Positions 36,940 to 43,572 of a stretch of 43,572 bases of DNA are shown in pieces. Origin of the DNA: an uncultured delta proteobacterium (lineage in GTDB: Bacteria > Desulfobacterota > Syntrophobacteria > BM002). Numbering within the stretch: position 1 is the first letter of the stretch; each line of letters starts with the position of its first letter. Under the pieces are notes generated by a model. That model made no database searches. It was not told where the DNA came from and worked only from the letters and a program-made list of their open reading frames with translations. The position numbers and the translations under genes are program-made. The stretch is from positions 1 through 43,572 of the forward strand of contig CAVQGX010000052.1 of assembly GCA_963712115.1 (NCBI GenBank), written 5' to 3'.

Positions 36940-38223
36940 ATGGCTCAGGATAGCAGCGAGCGGTTGTATCGGCAGGCAGAACAAATAATCCCTGGTGGGG
37001 TGAACAGCCCAGTCCGTTCATGCCGCGCAGTGGGTACACATCCTTTGTTTATCGCTAGGGGGCTGGGTTCGAAGATTTTCGACGTTGATGGTAATACTTA
37101 CATCGATTATGTGGGCTCCTGGGGTCCACTGATTCTTGGCCATGCTCATCCCGAGGTGGTGGAGGCTATTAAAAAAGCAGCTGAACTGGGAACCAGCTTC
37201 GGTATTCCCACTGCGCTGGAAGTTGAGTTGGCCCAAATGATTACCAAACTGGTTCCCTCCATGAAAATGGTACGGATGGTTAATTCCGGCACCGAGGCCA
37301 CAATGAGCGCCATCCGGCTGGCCCGAGGTTACACGGGGAGGAGCAAGATCATCAAGTTTGATGGATGCTACCACGGTCATGCTGACACGCTACTCGTAAA
37401 AGCGGGCTCTGGAGCCGCAACTCTTGGCATACCTGGTAGTGCGGGGGTCCCAGCTGATTTCGTCCAGCATACTTTGTCACTGAGGTTCAATGATCTGGAC
37501 CAGGTAGCAGCGGTTATGCAAGCGCAAGGAAAAGAGGTGGCGGCCATCATACTCGAGCCGGTAGCAGGTAATATGGGCGTTGTTCCACCCAAACCTGGTT
37601 TTCTCGAAGGTCTCAGGCACTGGTGTAACGAGACCGGAACCTTGCTGATTTTCGACGAAGTAATGACCGGCTTCCGTCTGGCCCTGGGTGGAGCGCAGGA
37701 ACTTTATGGCGTCCAGCCAGATCTTACCTGTCTTGGGAAGGTTATTGGCGGCGGGTTGCCCGTAGGAGCCTATGGAGGACGCCGTGATATTATGAGCCAG
37801 GTTGCTCCCCTGGGTGAGGTTTATCAAGCCGGTACTCTATCAGGCAATCCTTTGGCAGTTACTGCTGGCTTGACAACCTTGAGGCTATTGAACAAGCCTG
37901 GTGTTTACGACGAACTGGAAGAGCGTTCCAACTACCTATTTAACGAGATGAGTCGGCTGGCAGCGAAGCACAAGGTGGTTTCCACCATGAATAGAGTAGG
38001 CTCCATGGGGTGTCTCTTTTTTACTGAGCAAAGGGTGGTTGATTTCGACTCCGCTCAAACTGCCGACACCCAGAAATTTGCCCATATGTTTTGCGCCATG
38101 TTAGAGAGGGGCGTATACCTGGCTCCATCCCAGTTCGAGGCGGCCTTCGTCAGTCTGGCCCACGATCAGGAAGACATCGATAAGACACTGGCGGCAGCGG
38201 ACGAAGTTTTTAAGGAGATTTAA
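36940..38223 (+). CDS. hemL: Glutamate-1-semialdehyde 2,1-aminomutase
   Basis: [42 protein letters not shown] and [10 protein letters not shown] motifs. Confidence 0.97.
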   Translation: MAQDSSERLYRQAEQIIPGGVNSPVRSCRAVGTHPLFIARGLGSKIFDVDGNTYIDYVGSWGPLILGHAHPEVVEAIKKAAELGTSFGIPTALEVELAQMITKLVPSMKMVRMVNSGTEATMSAIRLARGYTGRSKIIKFDGCYHGHADTLLVKAGSGAATLGIPGSAGVPADFVQHTLSLRFNDLDQVAAVMQAQGKEVAAIILEPVAGNMGVVPPKPGFLEGLRHWCNETGTLLIFDEVMTGFRLALGGAQELYGVQPDLTCLGKVIGGGLPVGAYGGRRDIMSQVAPLGEVYQAGTLSGNPLAVTAGLTTLRLLNKPGVYDELEERSNYLFNEMSRLAAKHKVVSTMNRVGSMGCLFFTEQRVVDFDSAQTADTQKFAHMFCAMLERGVYLAPSQFEAAFVSLAHDQEDIDKTLAAADEVFKEI

Positions 38224-38278
38224 TCCAGCGGGCAACGAGCTGCTGGCAGTGGGGAATAGGGACCAGGTAAAAGTAACT

Positions 38279-38373
38279 GCGAGACCAGCTAAACTGGCGA
38301 GACGGGGGAATAGTCTACTGTGTTTTCATCCACGTCTCACTCGACCTCCAGTCTCGCACGACCTCCCGTCTCG
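38279..38373. repeat. Inverted GCGAGAC-family arrays
   Basis: GCGAGACC..GGCGAGACGGG ... CGTCTCACTCGACCTCCAGTCTCGCACGACCTCCCGTCTCG. Confidence 0.75.
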
Positions 38374-38434
38374 TAGCGCAGAACGTATCGTTCTGCGCTT
38401 TGTTCGCGAACGAAATTCTTTTCACAAAAAACCG

Positions 38435-38485
38435 TTGACTTTCCCCAGGTGCTGTGGTAGGGAAGTACGTGAAGTTTTACACGAA
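38435..38485 (+). promoter_or_regulatory. atp-operon promoter with a Rex operator
   Basis: TTGACT-17 nt-TAGGGA with an extended TG, then TACGTGAA-GTTT-TACACGAA (38466-38485), which matches the Rex palindrome GTGAA-n4-TTCAC. Confidence 0.7.
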
Positions 38486-38554
38486 CTCTGTTGCTGTCTT
38501 CGAGCAGTTTAATTCGTGGGCAGGGGCCAGGCTGGGAAGAGAGAGGTGGCCTTC

Positions 38555-38773
38555 ATGAAAGAAGACACCAGGCAGGCTCTCAAACTGGTCGGGCTCGCCA
38601 GCACTCTGGGACTAACCATAGTCATTGCCACCTTCATCGGACTGGCCTTGGGACTCTGGTTAGACAGGGTGTTTAATACCAGCCCGTGGCTTACCGTAAT
38701 ATTTCTCATACTTGGTATTATTGCAGGATTTCGTAATTTTTACCGTTTTATGTCCAAACGCGCCAAGGAGTGA
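38555..38773 (+). CDS. AtpZ/AtpI-family (ATPase gene 1) protein
   Basis: GL.LG.WLD..F.TSPW....FL.LG..AGF.N motif; SD GAGG. Confidence 0.9.
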   Translation: MKEDTRQALKLVGLASTLGLTIVIATFIGLALGLWLDRVFNTSPWLTVIFLILGIIAGFRNFYRFMSKRAKE

Positions 38774-39189
38774 GGGTCATCTCTGGCCCAGCCACTATGC
38801 TTATAAAAGATGAGGCCCTGATTAAGAGGATTGAACTATTCAACTGGGTCCTGTTAGCACTTCTCACAAGTAGTAGTTTCGTTTTCTCATCCCGAGAATT
38901 TGGTTTTGGGGTCCTGGTCGGAGGGATATTGGCAATCGCCAATTTCTATTTGATGAAGCGCAGTCTGTTCAGGGCCCTAGATCCACAAAGAACAGGAAAG
39001 ACCCGCTTTTTCTATTTGCTCAAGTACTACCTGCGCTTTGCAGCGCTGGGACTGATTATAGCCTTGTTGCTGATCAAGGGGTGGGTAAGCCCCTTTGGTA
39101 TGTTGTTGGGTTTATCAATAATAGTTCTTGGCATTGCGCTGGTAGGTATTGACGAGGCGCGAAAATTCTTTTTCAAGGGGGTAGTCTAG
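38770..39189 (+). CDS. atpI: ATP synthase protein I (start may be 38797)
   Basis: 4-TM protein with GG.LA.ANF and KYYLRF, located before atpB. Confidence 0.85.
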   Translation: MRVISGPATMLIKDEALIKRIELFNWVLLALLTSSSFVFSSREFGFGVLVGGILAIANFYLMKRSLFRALDPQRTGKTRFFYLLKYYLRFAALGLIIALLLIKGWVSPFGMLLGLSIIVLGIALVGIDEARKFFFKGVV

Positions 39190-39192
39190 GCC

Positions 39193-39915
39193 ATGGAACA
39201 CCCGATAATCTTTCTGAATCTCCTTTTTACAAAACTTGGTCTACCTATTGTTCACGATTTCGCTGAAGCCCACACCTTTCTGCAGAAGATACTCCTGCCC
39301 TATGTGACCTATACCTGGTTGATCATGATCGGTTTGGTGATCCTGGTCAAACTGACGGTCCGCAAGATCGAACTGGTTCCCAAGGGAGGGCAGAATGTCT
39401 TCGAGGTTGTGATCAACGGCATCGAGGAGTTCATGGTTAGCGTTACCGGGGAGGAGGGCCGTTACCTGTTCCCATTGATAGGCACGCTGGCGTTCTTCAT
39501 TCTGATCAGTAACTACATGGGAATGATCCCGGGCTTCTTCGGTCCTACTGCCAACGTCAACACCACCGCAGCGTGTGCCATAATAGTGGTTGTCTACACC
39601 CACGTAATCGGTGTCAAGTTCCATGGACCTGCATACATAAAACATTTCATGGGGCCGATCTGGTGGCTGTCACCCCTTATCTTCGTTGTAGAGGTTATCG
39701 GTCACATTGCCCGCATTCTCAGCCTGTCCATCCGACTTTTTGGCAACATCTTCGGCGAGGAGCTGGTGCTCGCCATCCTCATGTTTCTGGCGGGTCTTTA
39801 TTTGGCTCCGTTACCGGTGATGTTCTTGGGTCTGTTTACCGGCGGCGTGCAGGCCTTTATTTTCTGCCTGCTTTCCATGATGTACTTCGCCGGCGCTATT
39901 GAACATGCCCACTAA
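39193..39915 (+). CDS. atpB: Fo ATP synthase subunit a
   Basis: QNVFE, SNYMGMIPG, PTA, LSLSIRLFGN (essential Arg) and QAFIF motifs. Confidence 0.97.
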   Translation: MEHPIIFLNLLFTKLGLPIVHDFAEAHTFLQKILLPYVTYTWLIMIGLVILVKLTVRKIELVPKGGQNVFEVVINGIEEFMVSVTGEEGRYLFPLIGTLAFFILISNYMGMIPGFFGPTANVNTTAACAIIVVVYTHVIGVKFHGPAYIKHFMGPIWWLSPLIFVVEVIGHIARILSLSIRLFGNIFGEELVLAILMFLAGLYLAPLPVMFLGLFTGGVQAFIFCLLSMMYFAGAIEHAH

Positions 39916-40026
39916 AATGCCAACTTTTGGCGAGTTCAAGGACAGGGAGAAACCGAAAGGGTTGGGAAGAAGGTCGTAGTAGGAAGAAGGCCATATTAAT
40001 AAATAAAAACAAGGAGGGCTTTTTGC

Positions 40027-40401
40027 ATGAAAAGGAAAGTTCTGTTTCTGACACTGGTGCTGGTTCTGGGTTTCGCCGCGTTGGCTTTTGCGGCAGAGGC
40101 GACGGAAGCTGAGAAGGTTATGGGTCTTAGGTTCTTCCTGTACTCTGCCACGGCAGCTGGTTTCTCCATTGCCATCTCTTCTATCGGCTGTGGTCTTGCC
40201 CAGGGAATCTCCATTAAGAGTTCGGTGGAAGGCGTTGCCCGCAATCCCGAGGCCTCTGGTAAAATCACTGTGACCATGATGATCGGTCTGGCGATGATCG
40301 AGTCCCTTTGTATTTATACCTTGGTTATCTGCCTGATCCTGATCTACGCAAACCCGGTGTCCAAGCTCATCCAGGGTTTTGTGGGGCTAGTTGCCCACTA
40401 G
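40027..40401 (+). CDS. atpE: Fo ATP synthase subunit c with an N-terminal signal-like extension
   Basis: ARNPEA loop and IESLCIY with the ion-binding Glu. Confidence 0.95.
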   Translation: MKRKVLFLTLVLVLGFAALAFAAEATEAEKVMGLRFFLYSATAAGFSIAISSIGCGLAQGISIKSSVEGVARNPEASGKITVTMMIGLAMIESLCIYTLVICLILIYANPVSKLIQGFVGLVAH

Positions 40402-40425
40402 TAGCTAAACTGCGGATAAACGGCC

Positions 40426-40457
40426 GGGGGATTGATCAGGAAGTTGGTCAATCCCCC
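40426..40457 (+). other. Stable stem-loop after atpE (mRNA stabiliser or attenuator; no U-tail)
   Basis: GGGGGATTGATCA-GGAAGT-TGGTCAATCCCCC. Confidence 0.6.
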
Positions 40458-40516
40458 TGTCACCCTCTAAATCGAGATCGGCGTGACCGCCGATGTTACA
40501 ACAGGATCGTGAGGTT

Positions 40517-41152
40517 ATGAAGTTCGCTAAGATTCCCATGGCCACGATCAACCGGCTGTCTATCTATTTGAGAAATCTAGACGAATTGATGACCAATGAT
40601 GTCGAGGTGATCTCTTCAGAGCGCTTGGCCAAGCAGTGTGGGGTGAATCCAGCCCAGATTCGTAAGGACCTGGCGTACTTCGGTGAATTTGGAGTGAGGG
40701 GGGTTGGCTATAGAGTCAAGGACCTCTACTCTCAAATCAAGGAGATACTCGGTCTCGATCGCCCGTGGAACATGGCATTGTTCGGAGTAGGCAATCTGGG
40801 TTCAGCCCTTATCCGCCATGCCAACTTTTTAAAGCATGGATATCGCTTTGTGGCTGCCTTTGATTTGGATTCTGCAAAAATCGGCAAGAGGCTGCCCAAT
40901 GGCCTTGTCATCGAGCACGTTGACCGCTTTGAGGAATTAGTAAAAGAACGCAACGTTGAAATGGGCATTATCGCTGTGCCGCCTGCGTCCGCCCAGAGTG
41001 TGGCAAACCAGCTCATTCTTGCTGGAATCAACGGAATTTTGAATTTCTCTCCGGTTCAGATCCAGGTACCTGACTGCTGTCGAGTGGAAAACGTAGATTT
41101 CTCAATCAAGCTAGACAATCTCGCTTACCATATTTCTTCGACCAGCACCTAA
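40517..41152 (+). CDS. rex: Redox-sensing repressor Rex
   Basis: IP.ATINRLSIYLR, QIRKDLAYFGEFG.RGVGY, GVGNLG.AL and ILNF motifs. Confidence 0.96.
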   Translation: MKFAKIPMATINRLSIYLRNLDELMTNDVEVISSERLAKQCGVNPAQIRKDLAYFGEFGVRGVGYRVKDLYSQIKEILGLDRPWNMALFGVGNLGSALIRHANFLKHGYRFVAAFDLDSAKIGKRLPNGLVIEHVDRFEELVKERNVEMGIIAVPPASAQSVANQLILAGINGILNFSPVQIQVPDCCRVENVDFSIKLDNLAYHISSTST

Positions 41153-41229
41153 ATGGCCCGCCAACCGTCAGGTGACCAAAGCCTTCCGTGGGTGGCGCGA
41201 TCCGTGTGGTCTGCGATCCACGATTATCG

Positions 41230-41380
41230 GGTCATTTGGCTTCGCCGTCATTAGGCCTTTCGGCCGTCACTTATGGTCATTTGTAGTCAATTGCCTTCGG
41301 CGTCATTCATGGTCGCTCATTTTTTCATGACAATAAATGACAGCGAAGAGCAGTGACAGCGTAGCGTAATGACCTAGTGA
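41230..41380. repeat. Gene-less inverted GTCATT/AATGAC arrays with mini-hairpin spacers
   Basis: GGTCATTT-GGCTTCGCC-GTCATTA-GGCCTTTCGGCC-GTCACTT..GCCTTCGGC-GTCATT ... AAATGAC-AGCGAAGAG-CAGTGAC-AGCGTAGCG-TAATGAC. Confidence 0.85.
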
Positions 41381-41383
41381 TTA

Positions 41384-43572
41384 CTAGGTTAACACCCGGT
41401 GTAGGTATCTTCCGGTATGCGATTCGGGTATTTCTGCTATTTCCTCCGGCGTTCCGGTGCCCACAATCCTTCCACCCTCTGTCCCTCCTTCAGGCCCAAG
41501 ATCAATGACGAAGTCTGCGGTTTTAATAACATCAAGGTGATGCTCTATGACCACGACTGTGTTGCCCACTTCCACCAGGTGATTTAGAACATAGAGGAGC
41601 TTTTTGATGTCGTCGAAATGCAGACCTGTGGTGGGTTCGTCCAGTAGATACAGGGTTCTGCCGCGACTACGCTTGCTGAGTTCCCGGGACAGCTTTATTC
41701 TCTGCGCTTCACCGCCAGACAATGTTGTGGCTCCCTGGCCGAGTTTGAGATAGCCAAGCCCGACTGCCTGCAAGGTGGAAAGCTTGTCTTTGATAGCAGG
41801 GATGTTGACAAAAAACCTGAGGGCCTCGTTGATAGTCATGTCCAAGATTTGCCAGATGTTTTTCCCCTTGTAAATGATTTCAAGGGTATCTCGGTTAAAA
41901 CGGAGACCATTGCACTGATCACAGGTAACATAAACATCTGGCAAGAAATGCATTTCCACTTTGAGAATACCTTGACCACTACAGGCTTCACAGCGGCCGC
42001 CCTTGACGTTGAAACTGAAACGACCGGCCCTGTATCCCCTTGCCCGAGCCTCAGGTACCTGTGCCAGGAGGTTGCGGATCTGGTTGAAGACGCCGGTATA
42101 GGTGGCCGGGTTAGACCTGGGGGTGCGACCGATTGCGCTCTGATCAATGTGAACAACCTTATCTATTCTTTCGAGACCCAGAATTCGTGCATGAGCGCCA
42201 GGATATTTTCGAGCCCGGTGCAGAGATTTTGCAGCGGCACGGTGAAGAGTGTCCAGGATTAAGCTGCTTTTCCCCGATCCGGATACGCCAGTAACACAGG
42301 TGAATAGACCAACGGGGACAGATGCGGTTATGTTCTGGAGATTGTTGGCACTGGCCCCTTCGATGGTAATAAAGCCCCGTTGGGGTATGCGCCTCTTGAA
42401 TGGCAAGGGTATGCTCAACCTGCCGGAGAGGTATTGGCCCGTAAGAGAGTCCGGGTGTTGACTGATAAGTTCCGGCTTGCCACTAAAAACAAGATAGCCG
42501 CCGTGATCACCGGCACCAGGCCCGACGTCAATGACATAGTCCGCCGCCATAATGGTCTCGGTGTCGTGTTCCACAACCAATACGGTATTGCCCTGATCCC
42601 GAAGGGTCTTGAGAGTGTCCAGTAGACGGTTGTTGTCCCGCTGGTGCAGGCCAATGCTCGGCTCGTCCAGGATGTAGAGCACACCCACGAGTCGGGAGCC
42701 GATCTGGGTGGCAAGACGAAGACGCTGGGCCTCTCCACCTGAAAGCGTAGTGGAGGCGCGATGGAGACTTAGATAAGAAAGCCCCACCTGGGCAAGAAAT
42801 GCCAGCCGCTGCCGGACTTGGCTGAGCAAGCGATTGGCCACAGGAGCCTGCTGGGTCGAAAAACGCAGTTTACTGAGCCATTCATTCAGGCCGGTAATGT
42901 CCAGGCTGCTAACCTGATAGATGTTCATATCCTCGATGGTTACTGCCAGGGATTCCTGCCGCAAGCGGGCACCTTTACAACTGGGACAAACTCCTTCTCT
43001 TTCTATCACTACCCCGAGACCTGAGCAGTCAGGGCAGGCGCCAAGGGCGCTGTTAAAGCTAAAGAGTTGAGGAGAAGGCTCCACCATTTTCAGGTTGCAG
43101 GAGTGGCAGATAGGTTGGTCAGTGAAATCCCAGTCGTCCCCATCAAGAATGGCCAATCTAGCTCTACCTTCACCAGTCCTGAGTGCAAGTTCCATAGAAT
43201 CTGTTATCCGCCTGACACCGTCAGACCGAACCACTAGTCGGTCCACAACTACTTCGATTCGCGGATTTGGATCAGGGTCGAGCTGAATGGGTTCGTCAAG
43301 ATCAAGGACAATGCCATTTACCCGGACTCGAACGAATCCCTCACGGCGTAACCGGCTAAAGAGATGCTTTGGCTTACTTTTACGGTGCATTGCAAGGGGG
43401 GAAAGTATGAGAATGCGAGTGTTTTCTGGCAAGGTAAGGATCCTGTCCACCATTTGCTGAATGGTCATGGCCTGGATCTTCTCGCCGCAGCCGACGCAGT
43501 GAGGCTGACCTACCCTGGCAAAGAGTACCCTCAAATAGTCATATATTTCTGTAATGGTTCCGACGGTAGAGC
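41384..43572 (-). CDS. uvrA: Excinuclease ABC subunit A (5' end outside the window)
   Basis: The frame stays open to the window edge (STVGTITEIYDYLRVLFAR). Two LSGGEAQR signatures, GVSGSGKS and Zn-finger CxxC pairs. Confidence 0.96.
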   Translation of the reverse strand, partial: STVGTITEIYDYLRVLFARVGQPHCVGCGEKIQAMTIQQMVDRILTLPENTRILILSPLAMHRKSKPKHLFSRLRREGFVRVRVNGIVLDLDEPIQLDPDPNPRIEVVVDRLVVRSDGVRRITDSMELALRTGEGRARLAILDGDDWDFTDQPICHSCNLKMVEPSPQLFSFNSALGACPDCSGLGVVIEREGVCPSCKGARLRQESLAVTIEDMNIYQVSSLDITGLNEWLSKLRFSTQQAPVANRLLSQVRQRLAFLAQVGLSYLSLHRASTTLSGGEAQRLRLATQIGSRLVGVLYILDEPSIGLHQRDNNRLLDTLKTLRDQGNTVLVVEHDTETIMAADYVIDVGPGAGDHGGYLVFSGKPELISQHPDSLTGQYLSGRLSIPLPFKRRIPQRGFITIEGASANNLQNITASVPVGLFTCVTGVSGSGKSSLILDTLHRAAAKSLHRARKYPGAHARILGLERIDKVVHIDQSAIGRTPRSNPATYTGVFNQIRNLLAQVPEARARGYRAGRFSFNVKGGRCEACSGQGILKVEMHFLPDVYVTCDQCNGLRFNRDTLEIIYKGKNIWQILDMTINEALRFFVNIPAIKDKLSTLQAVGLGYLKLGQGATTLSGGEAQRIKLSRELSKRSRGRTLYLLDEPTTGLHFDDIKKLLYVLNHLVEVGNTVVVIEHHLDVIKTADFVIDLGPEGGTEGGRIVGTGTPEEIAEIPESHTGRYLHRVLT

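Noticed and set aside
38555-40401. ATP synthase operon missing b and F1 subunits
   Set aside because: Split atp operons are normal in deltaproteobacterial lineages.

Overview
Core chromosomal region of a probable Desulfobacterota (deltaproteobacterial) anaerobe. The taxonomy is inferred from the ahbB-hemL-atpZ/I/B/E-rex order and the radical-SAM gene after ftsZ. The left end is small and accessory: a RelBE-type TA pair, DUF2845, trmO, lon-hsp20, and a decayed integron-cassette remnant (one clear attC, an orphan antitoxin, a doc/hicA fusion scar). The middle is a dcw cluster (mraZ rsmH ftsL ftsI murE murF murD ftsW murC murB ftsQ ftsA ftsZ) that lacks mraY, murG and ddl, followed by a radical SAM gene, a four-helix-bundle gene and an RNase H-like gene. 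The right part holds mltG, an ATP-grasp ligase, ald, DUF2156, a small Cys-rich ORF, a CLC channel, ahbB, hemL, Fo ATP synthase genes, rex and a partial uvrA. The most striking signal is non-coding. Many intergenic gaps are filled with short 7-9-nt tandem arrays from about a dozen motif families. They often occur as inverted pairs, stacked or nested, and some carry mini-hairpins between the units. One inverted pair brackets the four-helix-bundle (IVP/Avd-like) gene, and gene-less pairs of the same motif occur elsewhere, which suggests an undescribed repeat-bounded element or system. Two long G.U-supported RNA stems flank mraZ. All calls are by eye; no database searches or folding computations were run.
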